NCBI GenBank assembly: GCA_951406725.2
Contig: OX597823.1
Span: forward strand, 36,828,001-36,892,000
Direction of reading: 5' to 3'
Length of the DNA: 64,000 nt
Source of the DNA: Octopus vulgaris
Taxonomy: Eukaryota
Shown in pieces: positions 52,590-64,000 of the stretch; within the stretch, counting starts at the first letter, position 1; each line of letters begins with the position of its first letter. A program made the position numbers and the translations under genes. The notes under the pieces were generated by a model. The model saw only the letters and a program-made list of their open reading frames with translations. It had not been told where the DNA came from and searched no databases.

Positions 52590-52793
52590 TTTAAAATTTT
52601 GGCACAGGGCCAACAATTCCGGGTGTAGAGGAGAAGTCGATTACATCGACTCCAGCCTTTAACTGGTCCTTATTTTATCGATCTAGAAAGGAAGAAAAGC
52701 AAAGTCGACCTCAGCGGAGTTTGAACTCAGAACGTTAAGACGGACAAAATACCGTTTAGCATTTTCCCCGGCGTGCTAACGGTTCTGCCAGTT
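52590..52793 (-). mobile_element. SINE family A
   Basis: gcaaagtcgacctcagcggagtttgaactcagaacg...ggttctgccag. Confidence 0.88.
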
Positions 52794-52794
52794 C

Positions 52795-52856
<62 letters not shown>

Positions 52857-52866
52857 TAATAACAAC

Positions 52867-52921
<55 letters not shown>

Positions 52922-52923
<2 letters not shown>

Positions 52924-53588
52924 CCACCTAACCTCTGGATGTAAAGTCTTAGCTCCAGTGGAGTATAAATTAAGACATGACAGAGTTGGCCAATATCTAC
53001 ACTGGCTAATAAGTCGGCATTACAATATCAAAACTGCCGACAAGTGGTATAATCACCACCCTGAAGCTGTAACTGAAGGAGAAAATGTAACGATTCTGTG
53101 GGACTCTCCAGTACATACAAACCGAAACATCAAAGCCAATAACCGGATATTGTTGTGAACGACATGAGCATCCCCTCTGATCATAATATCTCGGCGAAAG
53201 AATTTGACAAGCTCAGAAAATATAAAGACTTGCTCATTGAAATTGAGAAAATGTGGCATCTCAAGGCGGTTACAATACCAGTGATCGTAGGAGCTCTAGG
53301 AATGATCAAGAAGGGAACCGAAAATTATATGAGAATGATCCCTGGCTTACCATCCCTGCAAGAAGTGCAAAAGATTGTCTTAACTGGTACATCACACGTA
53401 TTGAGAAGAGCATTGTCGATGTGAGAACTGTTGCTGCTCATGTATTTTAATTTAACTTAAAAAAAAAATGAACGAACTATTGAGTTTGGTTTAATGGCCT
53501 ACCAATGTATACTATGAGTTTCTTTGCCCTAGGAGTCGGGAAGACACTCGGCAAGAAATGGAAGCAAATTTGAAAGAAGAAAAAAAAG
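52922..53588 (+). mobile_element. 5'-truncated R4/Dong-type LINE inside an (AAT)n tract
   Basis: HLTSGCKVLAPVEYKLRHDRV, ILWDSPVHT, KEFDKLRKYKDLLIEIEKMWHLK..IPVIVGALG; (AAT)n directly on both flanks. Confidence 0.93.
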
Positions 53589-53617
53589 TAATAATAATAA
53601 TAATAATAATAATAATG

Positions 53618-53721
<104 letters not shown>

Positions 53722-53739
53722 TATTATTATTATTATAAC

Positions 53740-55510
53740 CTTAAGTTTGACAAGACCATCAAATCAATAAAATCCGAAAATTAAAATAAAAATATAATAG
53801 GAAAACCATACTTGATATCGATACCACCATAGAAACCATCAAGTAAAAGGTATGTGTTAAAGCTGCCTACATAGCAAGGTATGAAAAGCGCGGTAGATCT
53901 TTCAAGAACAACAACATTTTAGAAAATAACCCAAAAATTTTTTACAGGAAGATAGGGAAAATACCAGTTACAGTAAAGTCTGTCCCACCAAAAGAAGTGC
54001 TGGAATTTTGGAATAAAATTTGAGCTGAAAAATAAACACAATGATTGGATTGATAGAATATCTACATACTTAGACTCCTTAGAAGAGCAAAGGTGGGTGG
54101 GGGTGGTTATCAAGGTAGAGGATGTAAGATCTGCTTTCAGGAGGTCAAGCAAATAGAAGTCTCCAGGAAAGGATAAAATTCCTAACTTCTGGTTGAATGC
54201 TTTCCCAGACAGTCATGAACTGCTAACAAAAACTTTACAACGATGTTTTGCAACATCCTAGTTTGATGTCCTCTTGGCTAGTTAATGGTTTAACATTCCT
54301 ACTTCCAAAAAATGAAGAAACAAATGAACCAAAAAATTATAGACTCATAACCTGCTTAACAACGATGTATATAATGCTGACATCTGTCTTGACTGAATAT
54401 ACCTATAGTTTTTTAACAGAAAGTAGCATCTTCCCTAATGAGCAAAAAGGATGTAAACGTGGATCCTATTTTGTAAAGATCAGCTACTCATCAATAAGAT
54501 GATCATGGAAGATTGTCACAAACGACACAAAAACTTGTTGATAGCCTGGATAGACTATAAAAACACTTTTGATAGTCTGCCACATAGCTGGATTAAGAAA
54601 TGTCTGGAAATGTATAAAATAGCACTTATTCTGCGAAACTTCTTGTCTGTAAGTATGAGATCATGGAGAACCACACCGACTTTGAACAGAGACAATGAAT
54701 CTGGAGATGTAAGAATTTCATATGGCATCTTAAAGAGTGACTCTCTATCACTACTCCTCTTTTGTCTAGCCTTAATACCCTTCTCGAAATTGCTCAGTGA
54801 TGTACAATACTGTTATAAATTGTTTGATAAAAATATAAATAATCTGATTTACATGGATGATTTCAAGCTCTTTGCAAAAAATGACCAACAATTATAGGGC
54901 TTACTAGCCACTGTTAAACAAGTCAGTGATGACATCAGGATACAATTTGGCCTCGATAAATCTACAAAAACTACTTTTATCAAAGAAAAAAATTACAGAA
55001 ACATTCAATGTTAATCTTGACCAGCACTATGCCATAAAGGAATTAGAACCTATCGAGAGCTATAAATACCAAGGGGTACTTGAAATGGGACGGAATCAAA
55101 CATTCAATGATGAGGAAAATTATCAGAAGAGAATGTTATCGCAGAGTAAGGGAAATGCTCAAGACAGAGCTGTATGCAAGAAACAGGATCGAAGTGATCA
55201 ATACTTTAGCCATACCAGTCATGACTTACAGTTTCAATATTAACTGGTCAATTACTGAAACATAATCTTGATAGAAAAATACGAAAACTGTTGAGAATGC
55301 ATAGAATGCCCCACCCTAAGGCAGATAGAGAACGATTTTACTAGCCAAGAAAAGAGGGTGGCCGTATACTTTTACAACTGGAATTAACAATGAAGATTGC
55401 TACAATTGGCCTAAACACCTACCTGAAAAGCTCTGACGACTGGATGTTAAAACTTGTCTCAAAGCAGAAAACAAGAACGCATCATACTCAGTAACAAAAC
55501 AGGCAAAGGC
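53740..55510 (+). mobile_element. R4/Dong-type LINE, RT region pseudogene, 3'-truncated
   Basis: KSPGKDKIPNFW, TFLLPK..PKNYRLITCL, EQKGC, AWIDYKNTFDSLPHSW, DSLSLLLFCLALIP, IYMDDFKLFAK. Confidence 0.92.
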
Positions 55511-55577
55511 AGAGAAAATATAAAACATATATAAAAAAATATATAAAGGTAGTTAATGTTGTCTGTTATAAATACAT

Positions 55578-55742
55578 AGGCGTAGGAGTGGCTGTGTGGT
55601 AAGTAGCTTGCCTACGAACCATATAGTTCCGGGTTCAGTCCCACTGCATGGCACTTTGGACAAGTGTCTTCTACTATAGCCTCGGGCCGACCAAAGCCTC
55701 GTGAGTGGATTTGGTTGATGGAAATTGAAGGAAGCCCGTCGT
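55578..55742 (+). mobile_element. SINE family B 5' half
   Basis: aggagtggctgtgtggtaagtagcttgc...gggttcagtcccactgc...ggacaagtgtcttc. Confidence 0.9.
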
Positions 55743-56067
55743 GTATATATATAGTCCATTTAGGTAAATTCGCTGAGACAAATTACAGTTGAGGTACACA
55801 ATTGAAACAGCACTAAATCAAAATATGCATTACTATGGACTATTTTATCGATCAGTGGCTTAGCGTCACTGATGGATCGATAAAATAGCAAACAGATTCT
55901 ATTAAAATCCACTGATGGTGGGTTGTCCGAAATAGGAGCTTCTAGATTCCCGCTCCTTCCCTCGTCGCTCGTAGTCGACCTATAAAACACATACACACAG
56001 AGGAGCTTCTTGTTTCATTTCGCAAAAATTTTCTTGGACACCCTTCACACACAAAAACAACAATCAA

Positions 56068-56164
<97 letters not shown>

Positions 56165-56168
56165 CATG

Positions 56169-56750
56169 TGTAGTGACCCTATAACGGTGCGCGCTCGCGC
56201 ACCGTCCATTTGTATTTCGCGCGTGTTGGTGCCTTTACCAAGGCAGAGAAAGGAAGGGCCCTCTCGCGCATGCGCGAACCACCGGAAGCACGACCCTGGC
56301 CAAGGCAGGGGGATCGTAGAACGTTTGACCACTAGCAGCAGCAAGCGGTGACTTGGGACAGCAGCGATTGAAGGAGACGGTCACGCATATTTTCTCTCCG
56401 TTCGAACTTGCTTCTAGCAGTCCTTACCAAAAGGCCTTTAACCTGGATTGTTGCAGACATCATCTTCTTCCTCCGGACGCCATTTTGACCCTTTCTGTTT
56501 TGGCGGCTGAACATTGTAAATATTACAATCGATTAACTTTCAGCCTTGCGCGCCCAGAACCAAGGACATCAGATAACACACTTATTGTTATTGTTACCAA
56601 GAAAGAGAATAAAGTAGTTATATATATTTTACGTCTGCGTCTTGTTGTTTCTGACTAGTAGAATTCTGGATTATTAAAGCAACGGCTAGTGATTGCTTTC
56701 TTGTACCCCGAAAGTACAAGAGAAGATATTCACACTCTAAGCTCGTTACA
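56169..56750 (+). mobile_element. Solo LTR (582 bp), probably Ty3/gypsy-type
   Basis: TGTAGTG...CGTTACA termini, 4-bp TSD catg (56165-56168 / 56751-56754), AATAAA at 56608, CpG-rich. Confidence 0.85.
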
Positions 56751-57171
56751 CATGTACATTTCTCTGTCGCTATTGTTTATACAGATACATACATATATAC
56801 ATACATACACATATATAGATACATATATGTATGTACATACATGCATATACATAGTACATTTATATATATATATACATACATATATAAATATATACATACA
56901 TATTTAAATGCATACATACATATGTATGTATATACATACATATATATATATATGTATGTATATATATATATATATATATAACACATATATATATACATAT
57001 ATATATACATACATATATACCTATATATATATACATGCATACATATATACATATATATACATACATATATACATACATACATACATACATATATATATAT
57101 ATATACACATACATATATACGTAATACATACATACCTACATACATGCATACATACGTACATACATAGCTAG

Positions 57172-57719
57172 GTCACTATAAGGAAATCCGTCGGAAGGAT
57201 AATCCCGAGGATAAAGAAATAAGAACTCATATTATGGTAGAAGCCATAGCAACTCATAATAAAAAGGAATACTGGCGGATGTACCAGTGAAGACCTTCAA
57301 TAAAATGTAAGCACATCAGAACTGTTATAAGGATCTGGGATAGAGAAGAGAAACGGTGCACTGTTGTGGAAATTAGCTGCCCAGTGGATGTTAACATAAA
57401 GCTGAAGATCAGTGAAAAAGAGAATACCTATGCTGAACTATTGAGAAATCTGCAGTTGCTCTATCCAGATCACAAGTTCAAATTTATAGCTATAATTATG
57501 TAACACGTTGCCTAAATAGCAATTTGAGAAATTAAGCTTCTCAAAACCAGAAAGGAGAAAGCTAATTCGAAGACTGCAGATCCAATCCATCACTGGAACT
57601 GTAAAAATCTGTAAAACTTTCCAGAAGTTTAACATTTAAATATATATGGGCATGTCTACATACGCAACAGTATGCATGACAATGCATACATAAAACACAC
57701 AAATCTGAAACTACATACC

Positions 57720-57753
<34 letters not shown>

Positions 57754-57758
57754 CATAC

Positions 57759-57789
<31 letters not shown>

Positions 57790-58290
57790 CATACATACAT
57801 ACATACATACATACATACATACATACATGCAAACAAACAAAAGATCCTGTTGTTGATGTTGAAATTCCCATGAAGGAGCCTTGAATCTAGGTTCTTTCTC
57901 TATTGGCAAGAAATCTTGAAATAAACTGAATAATGGACATACATACAATACACTTCCTAAATACCAATCTTAAGAAATTAGGATTCTCAAAACCAGAAAG
58001 GAACTGTAAAAATCTGTAAAACTTTCCAGAAGTTTATCATTTGAATATATACGAGCATGTTTAGATATGCAACTATACGCATGAGAATACATACATAAAA
58101 CAAAACATACAAATCTGCACATATACACTCATACACACAAACAAAAATACGCCGTTGTTGATATTGAAATTCCTATGAAGGAGCCTTGGATCTAAGTTAG
58201 AAACCGGCTCCTTCTCTACTGGCAAGAACTCTTGAAGTAAAACTGAACAATAACATACATATTGGTAAGAATCAATTGAAATAAAACTGA
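57172..58290 (+). mobile_element. REL-type (R4/Dong-like) LINE 3' end with a tandem second partial 3' end, in (TACA)n context
   Basis: IWDREEKRCTVVEISCPVDVNIKLKISEKENTYAELLRNLQLLYP; ctcaaaaccagaaagg..ggaactgtaaaaatctgtaaaactttccagaagttt and the UTR repeated at ~57540 and ~57985. Confidence 0.8.
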
Positions 58291-58398
58291 ATGACACACA
58301 TATATACTTACGTATGTGTGTGTGTGTATATGTATGTATGTATACATACACACACATACCTATCATTGTACATTTTTATGCATACACTCATACACTTG

Positions 58399-58463
<65 letters not shown>

Positions 58464-58468
<5 letters not shown>

Positions 58469-58655
58469 ATCCAAACAAGAAAACACAAAAGCAAAAAAAC
58501 ACAACAACGCGAGGACGTGGAACAAATAAAGTATTATTGGACGCTCAGGAAAGAAGGGAAGAAGGAGGGTTTAACGTTTCGAGCGGAGCTCTTCGTCGGA
58601 AACATAGGAGAAGGAAAGATCCCGAGAAGGGAAGACAGAGGAAAAAATCGCCAGT
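58464..58655 (-). mobile_element. Second ~190-bp pLTR/retrozyme-like monomer inserted in (TA)n, with a minimal hammerhead-like motif at 58569-58603
   Basis: GTTT-CCGACGA-A-GAGC-TCC-GCTC-GAAA-CG-TT-AAAC (core U>C change); (TA)n on both flanks. Confidence 0.65.
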
Positions 58656-58678
58656 ATATATATATATAAAATCGCCAG

Positions 58679-58746
<68 letters not shown>

Positions 58747-59928
58747 TACACACATACATACGTACGTACATACATACATGCATACATGCATTCATTCATT
58801 CAATATGTGTGTGTATGTGTATTCCTATCCAGTTACGCAGAGATGAGGAAAGCTGCTATCGTTTCTCGCATTATTCCATGTATTATCTATAACCCTCAAC
58901 ATAATTCTGTCTATTCCACACCATTCCTCAATATACTCCTGACATCACATCCTCCCCCCCCATCATCACCACCATCACCACCACCACCAAACCCTTCAAC
59001 ACCCTTAATCTTAGTCCTTTTTTTTCTCCTTTCGTTTTTCTTGTCTAACTAAACAGTAACTTAAAAACGACAAAACAAAAAAAAAAAAGAGAGAAAAAAA
59101 TGCCTCCCATCCCACCCCACCCAATTTTCTGGGGTACATGATATGGTTTTTAACAATCAACCACAATCATATCCCTAAATCGGGATTGTTAACATAGAGT
59201 AGTGGTAGTAGTCGTTGTTTACTTTGGCCGTTACCGGAGACAAGCTTTTAATAATCCAAGCCTTGGACGCTCCTTTCACTCCTCCTCCTCCCATCATCCT
59301 TCACGTGAAATTTATGTTTAGCAAGTACACTGTTTGCCTTTAATTTCTCTATTGTTTATACAGTTTTGCTTGGATTGTAAACTATTTTTCACTAGAATAC
59401 TAGCAACGAAATTGTGTTGCTATTTACTCGGTGTCGATGGTGGTAGTAGCCGTGGAAGTGTGACGAAGGTATTGGTAACAAGAAGAGTGTAAACTATTAT
59501 TTCATACACGTGTACACATATATTTAATAACCACACACAAACTCTCACACATATGTATATATCTATATACATATAGGTGTAAATAAACCTATATAGATAT
59601 TCATTTATATAAATGACTGTGAGGATATGAATTCTGTGAATATATCTTTTCAGTGCATAAGCACTAATGCAATATATACACATACATACATACATACATA
59701 CATACATACATACATACATACATACATACATACATACATACATACATACATACATTCATACATACATTCATACATACATACATTCATACATACATACATA
59801 CATACATACATACATTCATACATACATACATACATACATACATACATACATACACACACACCCATTCACACACACACACACATGCACACACACACACACA
59901 CACACACGCACACACACACACACATATG

Positions 59929-62128
59929 CAGTAGTCCCCCCCCCGGTATACGCGGAGGTTACGCTCCTAGAGCGCCTGCGAATAATGAAAAACCGCGAAT
60001 ATTGGACGTGGTCCATAAAAATGCTTATAAATGTCAAAATAAAACATAAAAATAAATATATAATATTTTATTATAATTTAATAAAAAATAAAGTAAAATG
60101 TACGGTTACTCACCAATAATGAATGATATTAATTTAAGACGATGAGGATGAAAATAATGAAGATAATAATGACTGCACAGCGAAGAAGACTTAAAGCTCT
60201 TCAGGTGACCCCGCTTCGCCAGGTGTTTTAGGGGATGTCGCTGCTTCCTGCAAGGCTTTCTTGATGGGCTTGAGAAGCATTGTAATGGAAAGTTGCTGTC
60301 GTTGTTTCTTCATGGTGGGTGAGGAGAGTTTTATATATCTGCATGGCGGCATCAATGGTTTTTCTAAATTGGATAGACCGAACCATATAAGGATCCCATA
60401 CTTCCGCCTTCCCTTGCAATTCCTTTACTGTCCCTACGAGTTCGGACAAACGTTCGATTGTCAGGCCCTCCTCATCCCCCTCCTCTTCCTCTGGATCTAG
60501 CATTTCCTCCTCGTCTTTGCTGGCAGACTTAGCTCCAACGAATCTTCCTCTGCCAGGGTTTTAGAGTGGGCATCGATGAGATTGTTGACCCCATCTTGCG
60601 TGATGTCAAAACCTTCGCCAGTTTCACCGCATTGTTGACAGCCTCGTTTTGAATATCTTCAGGTGAGAAGCCCTCGTAGTACTGGACACACTCTGGCCAC
60701 ACCTTCTTCCAGCATGCGATGAGGGTTTCTTTTTTTTTTTCATGTCTTTAAGAACAGCGTGGATGACTGACAGACACCTTGCGATCGTGAGGTTATGCCA
60801 GTATTCCTTTAACTTGAAATTCTCGTCCAAATCCACTGCGTCCATAAGATGTTGGGGGAGAGTTCCGAGTGTAAAGTGCCTTAAAGGCACGGATCATGTT
60901 TTGATCCATTGACTGCATGAGAGAAGCGGTGTTAGCAGGGAGGATCTCGACTTGGACTCCCTCGTGATTCAAATCCAAATAGTGATCACCATGATTATCA
61001 ATAGCAAGCAATACCTTGAATTTCATGCATGCGTTCTGAAGGTATTACTTGGCTTGAGGGATGAAGCGTTGGAGAAACCAATTGAAAGTTAGACTTTTGG
61101 TAATCCAGGCCTTGGCGTTGTGCATCAAGTGGACAAGCAGCAGGTTTTTCTTCTTATTTTTAAAGGCCCTCGGGTTCATGGACGTGTCACACATAATTAG
61201 CATCACTCAGTCCTTCTGTGCCTTAAATCCTGGGGCTCTGGCTGCGTCCTTCATGATGGATCTTCCAGAACAAGCTTGTATTCTGGCTTGTATCCCTTGC
61301 CCTCGATTATCTGCCTGAAGGTCTCAAGGTACTTCTCGGCGGCCTCTTTATCAGCTGATGCTGTCTTTCCGTGCAGGGAAACACACTTTATTTTAAACCG
61401 TTTCTGGAAACGCTCAAACCACCCCTTGCTAGCTTGAAAATCTTCGGGCTCTATTGCTGTCAATGGTCTTGGTTGCGGTTCTTCGATGCCTCTGCTCTGT
61501 CTCCTCTGTCGAACTGCTAGTATAATTCCAGCGCTTTCTCGCGGATGATGTTACGACTCAAGGGAATGTTTTTCTTCTTGCAGTTACCGATCCACAATGC
61601 CAAGGTGGATTTTATCTTGACCCACAATACCAAGGTGGATTCCATCCTGACCAAATGCTTATTTCTCACTGTCGATATCTTTTTGGCACTTTCATAGAAA
61701 CTTATTCTTACGGAAGAGATGGTCGGTACCTCGTTCTTTTTATGTAGCGTATAGTGATTTCGTTGGCATCATAACAGCGACCTACTGCAGCATAACTTTT
61801 ACCTTCTTGGAGCATATCCAGCAGTTGTACCTTCTCATGGAACGTCATAACCTTTTTCTGGCGCTTAGGTTCGCTGCCAGAAGCCTTAGAAGGTGTACGG
61901 TGTTTGGGTGGCATCTTAGAGCTTTAATAACATGCTGCGAAAGACACAACACTCAACAAAACACCCGAGAAAGCTACTGGATGCAGTTTGTTTTCCAAAA
62001 AAACATACAAAAAAACTTCCTTGCGTCTAATATGCGCATACCACCAATGGGAGATTGACCCGAGATTAAAAATAATCATGGTTTTGAAACATTTAGTTTG
62101 TATTTCCACTAGATACAGTAATCTATTC

Positions 62129-62178
<50 letters not shown>

Positions 62179-62283
62179 TAATAATAATAATAATGGTAGT
62201 AATAATAATAATAAGAGAGAGAGAGAGAGAAAGAGAAAGAGGGAGAGGGAGAGAGAGAAAGAGAGAGAAAGAGAGAGAGGGAG

Positions 62284-62314
<31 letters not shown>

Positions 62315-62460
62315 GAGGGAGATTGTCACGACAGAATTCATAAAAAATCGCAGACGAGATTTACGATTCTGCGGATATGCGGTAGTTTCCGCAAACAATT
62401 ATTCATTCCGCGAATAACCGGGACCGCGAATGCTGAACCCCGAATAAGCGGGATATATAC
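59929..62460 (-). mobile_element. Near full-length decayed Tigger/pogo DNA transposon (TIGD1-like transposase pseudogene)
   Basis: MPPK..KRQKKVMTFHEKVQLLDML (psq-type HTH), FQASKGWFERFQKR..LHGKTASAD (CENP-B HTH), KVLLAIDN..H, ILPANTASLMQSMDQNMIRAFKALY (DDE_1); end CAGTAGTCCCCC at 59929, degenerate opposite TIR near 62460; many frameshifts. Confidence 0.93.
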
Positions 62461-63553
62461 ATATCTTTGTGTATGTATGTATGTATGTATGTATGTATGT
62501 ATGTATGTATGTATGTATGTATGTATGTATGTATGTATGTATATATATATATATATAATAAAAGAAGGAAAATGTACACACTTTACATAGCTTTAATATA
62601 TTTTAAAATATATCTTCTATTTATCGACCGGTTTCGCTTTCGCTAATCATGACATTGAAATTATTATAATTTCGTATTTTCTTCAGGAGATTTTAGTTCA
62701 TGTTGTGTGTAGACAAGTTTATGATATATATATATATATATCAATTTACAGACTACTATCCCGCACGGACTTAACACAACTTCCTCCTCCTGGTGACCGC
62801 TTCTACACCTCTCGCAACAAGCAACATTATTTCTTTTCTCATTTTTCATTTCTTACTTGTAATTGCGTCTTTTATATTGGATTAACTTCCTTATATTTTA
62901 TTGTTTTTATAATTTTTTTGTTTGTAATTTATTGTTTTTATAAATTATTGTTTACATTTCTATATACACTCCTACACACACATTCTTACATGTCCACGAA
63001 CGCACATATACCTCCCACAGACGACACACATACAACATACATACATGCACATATATACACACATACTTCCACACGAACGTACATATACCTCCAACACACC
63101 ACACACATACAACATACATACATGCACATATACACAAACATACTTCCATACACATACACACACGCATACATACACATACACACACACCCGCATACACCCA
63201 CGCGCACACACGCATATGCGCGTACACCCACACGTACACAAACGTACACACACACACATACACACGCACAGGAATGTGTATCCGAAAGGGGTGCCAATAG
63301 AGAAGGGAAGAAAGAAGAAAGAGAGGAAGAAGAAATAAGTGTGTTGACATTTATATCACTGTTCAGTTCTTTCAATCCAATGTTTGATTCCTGTGCTGAT
63401 ATGGGTTGGAGAATCTGGATGAAAGATTGTTTTTATTTATGTTTTTATTTTACATATGTGTAGTACTGTGTGTGTATGTGTGTGTGTGTGTTTAATACAA
63501 TTTACTTTACAAAATTGGTCCTTCACCTAGTACAAATTATTGTAGAAATATTT

Positions 63554-64000
63554 TCAGCCATTCAATTTGGGGGCGAACTTTGTTATGAAGTATTTCCCCA
63601 TGTTTTTCCTGAAGGAGGTGTCATTCTTTGGGCATTTGTAGAAAGGAAAGATCTTAAATTTTCTTTCTCCACATGTATCTAGGTGTTTACTCAGTGGAAT
63701 CTTTCGCAGTTCCTCCTGTCGGACATGTTGTCGGTGAATTCTGGCTCGTTGGCATAAAGAATTTCCAGTTTCACCTATATAATTCCCCTTGCATGTGGGG
63801 CAGGTTATGCAGTATATTACGGTCTGCGTCTTGCAGTTCCTATCTGCATTTACTTTGAATATGTGACCACTCTTAGATTTATTTGTTTGTCTCCCTCTAT
63901 ATATTTGTAGGTGGGGTTACTGCAGATCCCACACCATCTCCGCACTCTTTTACAAAGAATTCGGTTTTAGTTTCTGATGAGAATTTCGCTCTTGTTAGTT
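63554..64000 (-). mobile_element. Penelope-like element C-terminus: Cys-rich linker and GIY-YIG endonuclease (runs off the window)
   Basis: Manual translation LTRAKF..ECGD/CGIC..NCKTQTVIYCITCPTCKGNYIGETGNSLCQRARIHRQH..IPLSKHL..FKIFPFY..FITKFAPKLNG*. Confidence 0.9.

Noticed and set aside
56689-60119. Long ORFs rich in YI/HT/CV/MYVC (also at 27-32 kb, 48 kb, 62-63 kb)
   Set aside because: Translations of (TA)n, (CA)n and (TACA)n microsatellites; no coding evidence.
60228-61914. Domesticated TIGD/CENP-B-like host gene
   Set aside because: Multiple frameshifts and deletions with residual TIRs indicate a dead transposon.
62620-62655. Hammerhead-like ATGATTA-GCGAAAGC-GAAA-CCGG-TC on the minus strand downstream of the Penelope ORF
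   Set aside because: Core differs from CUGANGA at two positions; probably a decayed pLTR ribozyme, not called as functional.

Overview
Repeat-dominated, AT-rich animal genomic DNA, most likely an octopus (inferred from recognisable octopus tRNA-derived SINE families and the very high microsatellite load). No complete protein-coding gene is present, and most listed ORFs are microsatellite artefacts. Recognisable content is mobile-element debris: three SINE families, at least seven R4/Dong-type LINE fragments (six at or next to (AAT)n tracts), two RTE-type LINE remnants, a CRE-type LINE lacking its RT core, several Penelope-like (RT/GIY-YIG) fragments, a near full-length decayed Tigger/pogo, a maT-type Tc1/mariner remnant, several MITEs, a non-autonomous Helitron with a Pif1 C-terminus, and a solo LTR with a 4-bp TSD. 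The most interesting signals are: (1) a hammerhead ribozyme with an intact catalytic core and an unusually long stem II (27605-27715, minus), plus two minimal hammerheads in ~190-bp monomers; (2) a change at ~21-23 kb from CpG-decayed to CpG-intact copies of the same SINEs, suggesting the left third is a methylated gene body; (3) within that left third, a series of splice-acceptor-led short reading frames that are all open in intron phase 1, a speculative array of alternative C-terminal exons; (4) a cluster of inverted duplications at 29-32.6 kb; (5) an unidentified ~2-kb decayed coding-like segment at 45.5-47.5 kb. All family calls are from motif recognition by eye, not database searches.
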